Assembly: GCA_028817795.1 (NCBI GenBank)
Contig: JAPPOU010000057.1
Span: forward strand, 775 to 64,060
Source of the DNA: Alphaproteobacteria bacterium
GTDB lineage: Bacteria > Pseudomonadota > Alphaproteobacteria > Micavibrionales > UBA2020
Reading direction: 5' to 3'
DNA: 63,286 bases
Under the pieces are notes generated by a model. That model saw only the letters and a list, made by a program, of their open reading frames with translations, ran no database searches and had not been told where the DNA came from. A program made the position numbers and the translations under genes. This document shows positions 47,502 through 56,755 of this stretch, piece by piece. Each line of letters opens with the position of its first letter. The first letter of the stretch is position 1.

Positions 47502-48697
47502 GTCTTCTTAAAAAGGGTATCGACGACCTGAAAGAAACCTGGCCGGGCGAGCCGGACAGGTTTTTGGAAACGCACGTCGATCCGTTTTTGTTGTGGTGCG
47601 TGAAGCAGGGATCGTCCGATATCACCTTCCAAAGCTCGCGCCCCGTTTTTAACGAGATTCACGGCACGTTGTACCCCGGCACGTATCGTTCGCTGGATGC
47701 GGCGGATATGGCCTCGATCGTCACGCGCCTTTACGGGACGGAAGCGCTGGCCATTCTTGCGGGTGGCGCGGATATTGATATGTCGTACGAGGTCATGGTT
47801 GACCGCTTTAACCGCACACGCTTTCGCGTCAACATGACGGCGATTTTGACGGACGGGCGTGACGGCATCCAGATCACGATGCGGACGTTGCCCTCTGCGC
47901 CACCCACGATGAAGCAGTTGAATATCGAGCAGGAAATTATCGACGCCTGGCGTCCGCGTCAGGGGCTGGTATTGATTACGGGGCCGACCGGTTCGGGTAA
48001 GTCAACATTGCTGGCGGCAGGGAACCGCATGTTGATCGAAGACCCGCATGGGTGCGGTAAAATGCTGACCTATGAAGCGCCGATTGAATTCACTTACGAT
48101 TCCGTGCAAAGCCGCCGCAGTCTTGTGGCGCAGTCTGAAATTCCGCGCCATTTGCCCAGCTTTGCCGCCGGCGTGCGTAACGCGCTGCGGCGCAAACCTG
48201 AAATTATCCTGGTGGGCGAGGCGCGTGACCGGGAAACGATTTCCGCCGCGATTGAGGCGGGCCAAACGGGCCACTGCGTTTACGCCACGTGTCATACGAC
48301 GGGCGTTGCCGCAACAATCCGCCGGATGGTTTCGACCTTTGAGCCTTCGGAGCGAACGGAGCGTGCCTTTTCCCTGATGGAAACCATTCGCCTGATCGTG
48401 ACGCAGACGCTGGTGCCGAAAGTGGGCGGCGGGCGTGTCGCTTTACGTGAATATATGGAATTTTCAGAAGAGCGCCGTGAAGAGCTTCTCGATATGTCCT
48501 TTGAAAAATGGCCTGTTGAGCTGATGCGCATGGTGGAACAATACGGAAAAACAATGGAGGGGTCAGCGCGTGACGCCTTTAACGCGGGGTTAATAGAAAG
48601 ACGCTATTATCTGCTGTATGCAAAAGGGTCAAAGCTGAAAGAGGATGACCCGGCGGTGGCGCCGATTGCGCCAGAAGAAACAGCGCCCGCCCACTAG
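47480..48697 (+). CDS. dotB: type IVB secretion ATPase DotB (PilT/VirB11 superfamily)
   Basis: Walker A GPTGSGKST, Asp box IILVGEARD, His box TGHCVYATCHT. Overlaps the dotC end by 22 nt. Confidence 0.88.
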   Translation: MEAGRPVSLLKKGIDDLKETWPGEPDRFLETHVDPFLLWCVKQGSSDITFQSSRPVFNEIHGTLYPGTYRSLDAADMASIVTRLYGTEALAILAGGADIDMSYEVMVDRFNRTRFRVNMTAILTDGRDGIQITMRTLPSAPPTMKQLNIEQEIIDAWRPRQGLVLITGPTGSGKSTLLAAGNRMLIEDPHGCGKMLTYEAPIEFTYDSVQSRRSLVAQSEIPRHLPSFAAGVRNALRRKPEIILVGEARDRETISAAIEAGQTGHCVYATCHTTGVAATIRRMVSTFEPSERTERAFSLMETIRLIVTQTLVPKVGGGRVALREYMEFSEERREELLDMSFEKWPVELMRMVEQYGKTMEGSARDAFNAGLIERRYYLLYAKGSKLKEDDPAVAPIAPEETAPAH

Positions 48698-48728
48698 GGG
48701 ACGTTTTGCGGGGAAAAGGGGAGCGTAA

Positions 48729-49022
48729 ATGGCTAATCAGTACGAAGAGGCGGGCTGGCACTGGCGAAATTCCATGAAGCCTGTGCGGTTTTTTAATCTG
48801 GATGGCCGTGCCGGTTTTTTCGTGGTGGTGTTCATTATCCATGCCCGTTTGTACACGTTATGTTTGTTGCTGACGGTCTTTTTTGTATTATGGTTGCTTG
48901 AGCGGCGCGGACTTTCGTTTCCGGCGGCGTTGCGCTCCATAAGGGTCTGGATGGTCGGGCCGTATCGACCGGGGTTGATGCGCCTGCGCCGTGCGAAAAT
49001 GAAGGACACGGGATCGACTTGA
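48729..49022 (+). CDS. icmT: type IVB secretion protein IcmT (TraK-like)
   Basis: Small membrane protein. HWRNSMKPVRFFNLDGRAGFF...H.R...FF..W...RGLSFPAALRSIRVWMVGPYR matches the IcmT pattern as I remember it. Confidence 0.8.
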   Translation: MANQYEEAGWHWRNSMKPVRFFNLDGRAGFFVVVFIIHARLYTLCLLLTVFFVLWLLERRGLSFPAALRSIRVWMVGPYRPGLMRLRRAKMKDTGST

Positions 49023-49119
49023 TTCTCCGGCTGTTATCAGGCATATCTATAAAGCAAAGTAGTTGGCTTTTTTTGTGCCCTTTGGGTGCGGCACGCTTAT
49101 CAGGATCAAAGAGATAACC

Positions 49120-50484
49120 ATGGCATCTTCCTCAACCCGTTTGACTGCAGCTCTTTTGACCACGGCCTTGATTGCCGGGTTTTCTGTTTCCACGCACGCC
49201 GCGTTTGAGTGGCGCGGTCCGCTGGTGCCGCCTGAAATGCCGGCGCCACCCGCACAGGTCGAGGCACCCGCTGCCGCATCACCTGTTGTCGACGGCATGG
49301 GTGGGCTAGAGCCTGTTATCATGTGGGATAAAATTCAGGCACCCGTACCGGCGATGCCAGCTGTTCCGGCAGCGAATGTAGAGGCCTCTCCCGTTGTACA
49401 ACCTTCTGTTGCGGTTGACCCTGCTGACATGTTGTCCGGCTTTGGATCGGAACTGCCATTGGTTATTGCGCTTCGGCAGGTTGTGCCCGCCGAATATCAA
49501 ATGTCTTTTTCCACTGGCGTCAATCCCGGCACGGTCGTGTCATGGCAAGGCGGCAAGGCGTGGCAGGATGTTTTGTCTGACATGCTGGCACCACATGTTT
49601 TGTCATGGCGGGTTGAGGGGCAGACCGTGATCGTTGGTTACTTTGAACCCGCGCCGCATGTGCAGGAACAGGCCGCGGTTATGCCTGCAGCGCCGGTGCC
49701 GCAACAATCGCCCGCACCGATGCGTGACGTGGAAAATGTAGAAGCTGTACCTTTAACGCCGCCGCAGCCCGTGCCTGCGCAGGTAGTGCAAGGCAGTCCT
49801 GGCAAGACGCAAGACGCCACGATGACGCCCGGCCGCCGTATTCTTTTGGGGCGGGCTTCCCCCGTCGGTGTTCAGGTGTCTGCTTCCGCGCAGCAGCAAG
49901 AACAGCAGCAATTGCAAAAACAATTACAACAGGTGGAGATGCAAGAGCCTGTTCATATCCGGCGTACGCGCCCCTCGTCTTTGTTAGAGCGCTGGGGGCT
50001 TGTGAAGCCGAAAGACGCTGATCCGGCTGTGACGGTATCTGGCCCCGTTGATGCTGTTGCGGATGACGCAACAGACCCGGTTGCACCTCCTGTTTCACTG
50101 ACGGCGCCTGAAGGCGTTGCCGCGCAGGGTGAGGCATCGTTGGAGGGACAGGGCGAAGATGCTGCTGTAGATCTGGACGCATCTGAAATGGAAACGAAAA
50201 CATCTTCCTCTTCCGCAGACTCGCAATGGCAGGGTGGTGAGGGCCAGACCTTGCGCGCCCTTTTGGAAGAATGGTCTGATACTGCGAACGTAGAATTATA
50301 TTGGTCTATAGATTACGATTATCGTCTCGACCAAGATATTGCGTTGTCCGGTACCTATGATGAGGCTGTGAGCGCTGTGTTGGACAGATTTTCCGATGCG
50401 CGGCCTCAGCCCTATGGGCAGTTGCACAATTCCGGCGCAGATAAACGGGTTTTGGTTGTCAAATCCTATGACATATCAGGTTAA
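49120..50484 (+). CDS. exported protein with a TcpQ/PilL-like C-terminal domain
   Basis: Signal peptide (ALIAGFSVSTHA). N-terminal module LPLVIALRQVVPAEYQMSF...VVSWQGGKAWQDVL, a Pro/Gln-rich linker, and C-terminal WQGGEGQTLRALLEEWSDTANVELYWSIDYDYRL...GTYDEAVSAVLDRF, which is TcpQ_C-like. Confidence 0.65.
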   Translation: MASSSTRLTAALLTTALIAGFSVSTHAAFEWRGPLVPPEMPAPPAQVEAPAAASPVVDGMGGLEPVIMWDKIQAPVPAMPAVPAANVEASPVVQPSVAVDPADMLSGFGSELPLVIALRQVVPAEYQMSFSTGVNPGTVVSWQGGKAWQDVLSDMLAPHVLSWRVEGQTVIVGYFEPAPHVQEQAAVMPAAPVPQQSPAPMRDVENVEAVPLTPPQPVPAQVVQGSPGKTQDATMTPGRRILLGRASPVGVQVSASAQQQEQQQLQKQLQQVEMQEPVHIRRTRPSSLLERWGLVKPKDADPAVTVSGPVDAVADDATDPVAPPVSLTAPEGVAAQGEASLEGQGEDAAVDLDASEMETKTSSSSADSQWQGGEGQTLRALLEEWSDTANVELYWSIDYDYRLDQDIALSGTYDEAVSAVLDRFSDARPQPYGQLHNSGADKRVLVVKSYDISG

Positions 50485-50644
50485 GTTTTCGTAAATCTCT
50501 GATTTTCCTTTGAAAAAGGCGACTGGTGTTTCTAAATCTGTCGTATTTTAGGCAAATATGATACAATGAAAGGATGCAGCCGAGGCGGGTTTTGCGGCGC
50601 GGGAGTCGTATGGATTCGTGTGGCTTTTCAGGGGTGTTTTGGTC

Positions 50645-51973
50645 ATGCGCAGATTTGGCGGTTTTAAGCTTTTGTTTGTGGTTTTCGGGTTTTTTGCCCT
50701 GTTCACGCTTGGCTATACCGCAACCAGCGTTGTGACCTCCGACCAGGCGCAGGCGCAAATCCCCAGTTGGTGTTTTAACATGTCGTGTACCAGCCCGTTT
50801 ACGGGGGTGGCGGTTGAGCTTGGGATTATCATGGGCCGCACGTTTACAACGGGCATGTTCTACGTTGTAGGTTCGTTGTCCGTTTATTTTGCCGTGGCGA
50901 TGGCGTCATTTGATTTGCAGGTGATACAGGCCATCAGCGCAACCTTGAACAAATGGCTCGATTTCTGGAACACCATGTGGCGATACAACATGGAACCAGC
51001 CTTTCAGGATATGACGGACCAGTTGACGACCATGAATACCGATCAGGCCCGTGCCATCGGTAGCTTTGCGGACATGATGGATAAAAACCGTGCCATCCGC
51101 AAACTGCGGGAAGAACAGGTACGCGCGCACCGCGAGCTTAGCCCCGGCGAGAATGTATGCGTTGCGGCTTCGACCATGGGGGGGCTTGTGCAAGCCTCAA
51201 CGTTCTCGCGTACATATAACGCCTTGGCCCCACAGGATATGCTGCGTCGCCAGCATGTGGGTGGCGGTTCCGCGCAGGCGGATATGGCGGGCCGCGTAGC
51301 GCGTTATGCGACACGTTATTGCGATCCGGCGGAAAATGCGGGCATTACCCTATGTCCGGGCGGTCCTGCCGTGCCGGGCTTTATTGGGGCAGACCTGGAT
51401 GTCGCGGGGCGTGTTTTTGCAAGGGATACGATTGATATCCGTGATCCGAACGTGAAGCAGGCCGTTGATGATCTGGTGCAAAATATTGCAGAGCCGTTTG
51501 TTCCGGACCCTGTGCCGGAAATGTCCTTGACGGGGACAGGGGGCGCGGAGGCTTTCTTGCAGCGTCAAAGCCGTCAGGCGAAGAGGCAGGTGATCTACGA
51601 TAATCTTTATCACATTATTTCACGTCGTATTCCGGGGTCCGGATTGGAAGTTGGTACATACGTCAACGAGGTGCGGCTGGAGGCGGGCATGGACCCGGCG
51701 CTGCTGGTGAACAACCCCAGCCGTCATGAGGTTTTGGAGGTTATGGCGAATGAGCGTTACCGCACGGGTAAATATGCGGTGCGCATGATGACAGAGCCGG
51801 AACATGTTGAGCGTGAATTGGCGGTGCAAGAAGGCATCAAGAGCATGCAAATGGCCGATATGCTTGATTTGATGGATCGGTATTCTCTCTTGGTCGCGGC
51901 GCGCGTGGGTGACAGCATTAATAAAAGATATGGCCGTGTAAAACAGGGTCAGTATCAGGAGGTCGGGCAGTAG
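50645..51973 (+). CDS. secreted Cys-loop family protein, tandem paralog P1
   Basis: N-terminal hydrophobic signal or anchor. Motifs LDFWNTMWRYNMEPAFQDMTDQL, DQARAIGSF, YCDPAENAGITLC, IDIRDPNVKQAVDDLVQNIAEPFVPDPVPE. Confidence 0.7.
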   Translation: MRRFGGFKLLFVVFGFFALFTLGYTATSVVTSDQAQAQIPSWCFNMSCTSPFTGVAVELGIIMGRTFTTGMFYVVGSLSVYFAVAMASFDLQVIQAISATLNKWLDFWNTMWRYNMEPAFQDMTDQLTTMNTDQARAIGSFADMMDKNRAIRKLREEQVRAHRELSPGENVCVAASTMGGLVQASTFSRTYNALAPQDMLRRQHVGGGSAQADMAGRVARYATRYCDPAENAGITLCPGGPAVPGFIGADLDVAGRVFARDTIDIRDPNVKQAVDDLVQNIAEPFVPDPVPEMSLTGTGGAEAFLQRQSRQAKRQVIYDNLYHIISRRIPGSGLEVGTYVNEVRLEAGMDPALLVNNPSRHEVLEVMANERYRTGKYAVRMMTEPEHVERELAVQEGIKSMQMADMLDLMDRYSLLVAARVGDSINKRYGRVKQGQYQEVGQ

Positions 51974-51974
51974 C

Positions 51975-53492
51975 ATGAACGACGATAACAGCAAAGAGCA
52001 ACCGCGGCAGCGGCCCGCAGGCGTAATGCGCATGGGCGTTGCCGTTTTCCTGCTTGTGGCGTTCCTGTCCGGGTATGCGACGGCGCCTGTTATGAACATG
52101 CCCCCGGCTCTGGCGCAGCTTATGGATGACCCGTGGCTGATTGATGATGATTTGGGCATGCTGGGCACCGTTATTGCGGATTCAACAACGGTGCTGTCAA
52201 GTATTCCGACATGTGTTGCAACACCACCTGTCACTTATGGATGGCTTTGTGTTGCGCCATGTTCGACGAGTTTGTTGACACAACCTCTTTTAACATTGCT
52301 GCAGTCGCGCCTTGAATCGGCGGGAGATGATTTGCGCGTCTTTATATCGCAAAATATTGTCGACGGTATCGTCGCTGTTTTGTTAAACGGGATTAACCAA
52401 ACCGAGTTAAACCTGATCGATTGGTGGGATACGTTTTGGTATTATAACCTTCATCCTGCCATGCAAGACATGACGGAACAGTTCCAATTGTCGCTGGCCG
52501 ACCAAGTGCGTGCCATGGCGATGGCGGCAGATACGCAAATACAGAACGAAGCTGCAAAAATGCAAAGCAAGGCGGAAACGGCTGACGGCGCGATGCTGCC
52601 ATCTGAAAACGTTGCCGTCGTCGCGACAATGATTGGCGGGCAACAACGGCAGAGCGAGATTGCAGAAGCCGTGCGCCATGCGCAAGAACGGCGGACGCAA
52701 GATCGTGGCTTGAATATGGTGGGAACACCGGCGGCGCGGGATGGGGGACTGGCGGAAACGGAGCGCCATAACGATTATGACGCTCTTTTCTGTGATCCCG
52801 CTTCCAATAATGGCGTGAACAATTGCGCGACCACGCGTGTTTCGACAAATCCGGCCTTGCAAAATGCGGATACGCAGCCGACGCGTGTTATTATGAACCG
52901 GCTCACAATTAACGTTGATTCAGATGACGCGAACGGTGACGGCGTTGTTGATGATGCCGATGCTGACGGGCAACCTGATCTGGTCGAAGCCGTAGATGCG
53001 GCGATTGACAACATGCTGCCGCCAATAGAGCTGGACCCTATACCCGAAAAGATTTTGGAAGCTGCGCCGGGGCAAGAGCGTTATCTGGAGCGTCGTTCTT
53101 TGCTGGCGCGTGACGGCGCCATGCGCAGCGCAACGCGGTTGTCAACAAGCTGGCGCATGCCGGGAACCCAGATTGGCCAATGGGTCGATGAGCTCCGCCA
53201 GACCGCAGGCGTGCCGCCGGGCGATATTTCCAGTAACCCCAGTTATAGGGAAGTGATGCACGCCATGGTGGTGGATCGTTTTAATAACGGTAAATATGGC
53301 ATGAGCATGCTGGATAACAGTACTGTGGCGGAAAAAGAAAAGCTGGTGCTGAACAGCCTGACATTAATGCAGTTAAGGGATTATCACGAACTGTTGCAAA
53401 GGACGATCTTGACATTGGCGGTGCAAGTATCCTTGACGGCAGAGGAAATAGAGCGTTCACGTCCTGATATCATGCAGCGTATGCCGCAATAG
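51975..53492 (+). CDS. secreted Cys-loop family protein, tandem paralog P2
   Basis: Motifs IDWWDTFWYYNLHPAMQDMTEQF, DQVRAMAMA, FCDPASNNGVNNC, AVDAAIDNMLPPIELDPIPE. Starts 1 nt after the P1 stop. Confidence 0.7.
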   Translation: MNDDNSKEQPRQRPAGVMRMGVAVFLLVAFLSGYATAPVMNMPPALAQLMDDPWLIDDDLGMLGTVIADSTTVLSSIPTCVATPPVTYGWLCVAPCSTSLLTQPLLTLLQSRLESAGDDLRVFISQNIVDGIVAVLLNGINQTELNLIDWWDTFWYYNLHPAMQDMTEQFQLSLADQVRAMAMAADTQIQNEAAKMQSKAETADGAMLPSENVAVVATMIGGQQRQSEIAEAVRHAQERRTQDRGLNMVGTPAARDGGLAETERHNDYDALFCDPASNNGVNNCATTRVSTNPALQNADTQPTRVIMNRLTINVDSDDANGDGVVDDADADGQPDLVEAVDAAIDNMLPPIELDPIPEKILEAAPGQERYLERRSLLARDGAMRSATRLSTSWRMPGTQIGQWVDELRQTAGVPPGDISSNPSYREVMHAMVVDRFNNGKYGMSMLDNSTVAEKEKLVLNSLTLMQLRDYHELLQRTILTLAVQVSLTAEEIERSRPDIMQRMPQ

Positions 53493-53521
53493 CAATAATT
53501 AAGAACCGGGAAAGGGAAGAG

Positions 53522-54970
53522 ATGAAAAAACCGGTGAAGAAAAGGTACAAAAAAGACAAGCGTAGAACCGTTGGTGTACGCATGTTGTTCCTTGTTGCGC
53601 TTTTCTCCTTGTCTTTCGTGGCTTCTGCCCCCCGTGTGTCGCATGCGCAGGTGTGTGAAATGCCCTTTGTGCCGCCTATTGCGGCAGGGGTTTCGGCAGG
53701 CGTTATGGAGTTAATGATCCAAACGATGCTGTTCCCTAGCAACCCCGGCAGTCCGCCACGATTGTCAGGCAACATTGATGGTCTTGCGGACATTGGCCTG
53801 GACGGTGCGACGGGCGGCTGCATGGCTGATTTTGATATTTTGGCCCCTATTCGGAGCGTGCCGGTTGTAGGCAGCATTATTTCAGGTGTTCTTGGCTCAC
53901 AGCTGGGGTTGCAGGGCGATGCGGGCTATGTCTTTGGCGGCACAAACTGCTTGGATGAACGTGTGCGTGACAGGATGTACCAGTTCTGGGATCAAGAGCT
54001 GGGGCATGCCTTCAGGATGATGACTGCGCAATTGGCGTCATCCGATGTCAACACAGCCCGTATGCTGGCATCGATTTTTGATGCCAGCAACTTGTCTGAT
54101 AGCGGCGTTGCACACCAGTTAAATGAAGCAAAAGCCCGCCGTGACCATTTGGTGAGTGATGAAATGTGCCGTTTCGATACGGCGGCTGTGTCCCTAAGGG
54201 AAACACAGTATATTTCAAAAGGCGTGGCAACGGCCTCTGCTGTCGAAGTGAACCAGTATGGTGATAACCGGCAGGGTGGGCCGGCGGCGGCAGGCACATC
54301 TTCGTTTGTACCGGCACGGATGCAGAACTATAGAACGGCATTGTGCGATCCTGCGGCTAATGGTGGCACGGCACCTTGCGCTGCTGCAGGATCGCAGCCA
54401 AATGCGGGTGTCTTGCCCAGTAAAACGATATTCGGCCACGAAACCATAGACCTGACCGATGCCGATACGCGCACGGCTGTATCGGAGCTGGGCATGAATA
54501 TTACGGGTTTTCATCCGCCTGAGCCGCAATCATCTCGTGTGCAGGCTTCGACGGCTGGAAGGGAGGGGCGGCAGCGGAATAGAGAGTATTTGGCGCAGAT
54601 GGATGCCGTAACAGGCCTTGTGGGCAGTGTTGTGGGCGATCGTGCACCCGGCCCGGTTAATACCGATGTGCGTGATAGCCGCGTTAAATCCGGCGTACAG
54701 CCGGCAGATGCATCTAGCCGCCCTAGCGAAAAAGAAACGTTGCAGTCAACGCAAGATCAGTTGGCAGATTCTAACTTTTACGTGAACATGAATGACGTAA
54801 AGGGCACAGTTGCGCAAAAAGAAGCTTTTTATAAAGCCTATAATGCCCTGATGATCTACAAGATCATCGAGAAACAGGAAAGAATATCGAACGCCTTAGC
54901 GATTGAAACGGCAAACATGCTGGAAATGCGCTATGCGAAGGACGCATTGCCGCAGTTTGCGCCGCAATAG
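53522..54970 (+). CDS. secreted Cys-loop family protein, tandem paralog P3
   Basis: Motifs YQFWDQELGHAFRMMTAQL, LCDPAANGGTAPC, IDLTDADTRTAVSELGMNITGFHPPEP. Signal-like N-terminus. Confidence 0.7.
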   Translation: MKKPVKKRYKKDKRRTVGVRMLFLVALFSLSFVASAPRVSHAQVCEMPFVPPIAAGVSAGVMELMIQTMLFPSNPGSPPRLSGNIDGLADIGLDGATGGCMADFDILAPIRSVPVVGSIISGVLGSQLGLQGDAGYVFGGTNCLDERVRDRMYQFWDQELGHAFRMMTAQLASSDVNTARMLASIFDASNLSDSGVAHQLNEAKARRDHLVSDEMCRFDTAAVSLRETQYISKGVATASAVEVNQYGDNRQGGPAAAGTSSFVPARMQNYRTALCDPAANGGTAPCAAAGSQPNAGVLPSKTIFGHETIDLTDADTRTAVSELGMNITGFHPPEPQSSRVQASTAGREGRQRNREYLAQMDAVTGLVGSVVGDRAPGPVNTDVRDSRVKSGVQPADASSRPSEKETLQSTQDQLADSNFYVNMNDVKGTVAQKEAFYKAYNALMIYKIIEKQERISNALAIETANMLEMRYAKDALPQFAPQ

Positions 54971-54992
54971 GAGGAGGAAAGGAGTGAAGACA

Positions 54993-56411
54993 ATGAGTAA
55001 CGCTATGAACAAGGTGTGGCGTACATACAGCTTTTTGATGGCAATCATGGTATTGCCCTTCATGCTGGTCTCATCCGTGCCTGCATCTGCGCAAACCTGC
55101 GGCCCTGTGACATCGGCATGTGAAACATCCGGCTCTGCTGATCCGATCCTTGAAGAGTTTATGGAGCATATGATCGATTATTTCGATTATTTTATTACAG
55201 AAGTTGGAAAGCATATTGAATATGAGTTGGAGAGTGTTGCCGCCGAAGAGGTCAACGAACGCCTGATTCAGTTTGATGAATATATGTATCCGCCTGTCGA
55301 AGACTGGTGGGATGATGGCAGTGATCCTGATATTAACGCGACATCAACATTGCCGGCCTTAAAGGCTATGGCGCACCAGCTCAGCTTTGCCAAAGTGGAC
55401 CAGACGCGTCAAATTGGCTCATTTTTGGATGCCTTGATGGTCAATGAACGCATTCGCGCGCGCCAGTCATCGCGCGCGTCGGCCAGAAAACGGTACAATG
55501 TTTCTGAATCTTCTTGCCAAATGGATTCTTTGGCCTTGAGCGGCGGTCAGGGGCAGGCTTATCGGTTGTCTCACGATTTGGCACGGACCATGGCATTGGT
55601 GGATACGAAGCGGCGAAACAACCATTTGGATGTAATTAGCCCGCCCGTTGTGGCCTCAGCGGAAAAAGACTGGTCTCTCATAAAAAAGGCGCATGCGGCA
55701 CCGGGCGCGCCGAGTGGCGGATTTGCGCTGGACCTCACTCAGCGCTGGGGGGAGTATACGGCTGATTTCTGTGATCCGTCCAAGGGCGATCAGGGGTGCG
55801 CTGCAGCAGGCACAATGCCGGGATGCGATCGTGACATTCCGGGCCTCATCTGGGGTGACAGACAGACGATAGATATGCGTGATAGCCAAAACCGCCAGTG
55901 CATTGAAGCTGCGCTCCGAAACTTGGTCTCACCCTTTGTGCCGGACCCCTTGGCGCGCACGGTTCTAGATTCTGATGCCGGGCGGCGGGAGATGCTGTAT
56001 CGTCGTGCGCGTGATGCGCGTTTAAATGCAATCATGAACGGCATCAAAATGCTGGCCGAGCGTGGCGGCGGCGGCACCGGAGCGGACGTGCGTGACGTGC
56101 GCGTGGCGGGCGGCATGGTGGATTACGGCGGATTGCCCTCGAACGTGGCGGCGCCGGGCGATGCCAGCTACAGCGAGATCAGAAACGCCATGCTTCGCTC
56201 GCGTGTCATGAACCCGGCCTATATCACCCGTCTAGTGACGCAAGGGGATGCGGTGGCGCGTGAATATACATCTGTCAAGGCAGCGGGGCATCAGTTGACA
56301 GCCGACCTTATCAAGAGGGTGGAGGAAATGATGTTTATGGAAGCTGCCGCCTATGCCCATACGCTGGATATGGAGCCAGAAGCCGGGGCAAGCAAAGATA
56401 TACCGGGATAA
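54993..56411 (+). CDS. secreted Cys-loop family protein, tandem paralog P4
   Basis: Start ATG 54993 behind AGGAGGAGGAAAGGAG. Motifs LPALKAMAHQL, DQTRQIGSF, FCDPSKGDQGC, IDMRDSQNRQCIEAALRNLVSPFVPDPL. Confidence 0.7.
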   Translation: MSNAMNKVWRTYSFLMAIMVLPFMLVSSVPASAQTCGPVTSACETSGSADPILEEFMEHMIDYFDYFITEVGKHIEYELESVAAEEVNERLIQFDEYMYPPVEDWWDDGSDPDINATSTLPALKAMAHQLSFAKVDQTRQIGSFLDALMVNERIRARQSSRASARKRYNVSESSCQMDSLALSGGQGQAYRLSHDLARTMALVDTKRRNNHLDVISPPVVASAEKDWSLIKKAHAAPGAPSGGFALDLTQRWGEYTADFCDPSKGDQGCAAAGTMPGCDRDIPGLIWGDRQTIDMRDSQNRQCIEAALRNLVSPFVPDPLARTVLDSDAGRREMLYRRARDARLNAIMNGIKMLAERGGGGTGADVRDVRVAGGMVDYGGLPSNVAAPGDASYSEIRNAMLRSRVMNPAYITRLVTQGDAVAREYTSVKAAGHQLTADLIKRVEEMMFMEAAAYAHTLDMEPEAGASKDIPG

Positions 56412-56501
56412 AAGTTACATAATATTTTAATTGGTGTAGGTGTGTGACTATATGTTGCGTGCCGTATCGACATAAGGGGCTATATCTGGTAGAAGTCTCT
56501 C

Positions 56502-56753
56502 ATGCGTTACGATTCATCGGAAAAAACCCCATCTGTCTTGACGTGGTCTGACACGGCAGGTCTTGCTGCGGCGCTGTGCGCTGCTTATCCCGATGCAGAT
56601 CGTTTGTCCCTTGACCCGCAAGCGCTCATTCCCCTTGTTCTGGACTTGCCCGCATTTTACGACCCGGCCCCGCCGCCGGGGCAGCGGGCGCTGCAGTCTG
56701 TGTTGTGGACATGGATGCGGTTGGCGGATGATGGCGGCGTGACGGTGGTATAA
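56502..56753 (+). CDS. IscX (YfhJ)-like Fe-S assembly accessory protein
   Basis: LTWSDTAGLAAALCAAYPDADRLSL...LDLPAFYDP...LQSVLWTWMRL parallels E. coli IscX ([22 protein letters not shown]...EDFDDDP...LEAILLVWLDE) as I remember it. Confidence 0.6.
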   Translation: MRYDSSEKTPSVLTWSDTAGLAAALCAAYPDADRLSLDPQALIPLVLDLPAFYDPAPPPGQRALQSVLWTWMRLADDGGVTVV

Positions 56754-56755
56754 TC

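Noticed and set aside
37801-56411. Idea that the ANK, Clp-like and T4BSS block is a recently integrated mobile island or ICE.
   Set aside because: No integrase, relaxase, tRNA attachment site or flanking direct repeats are visible, and composition looks like the core genes by eye. The window does not support it.
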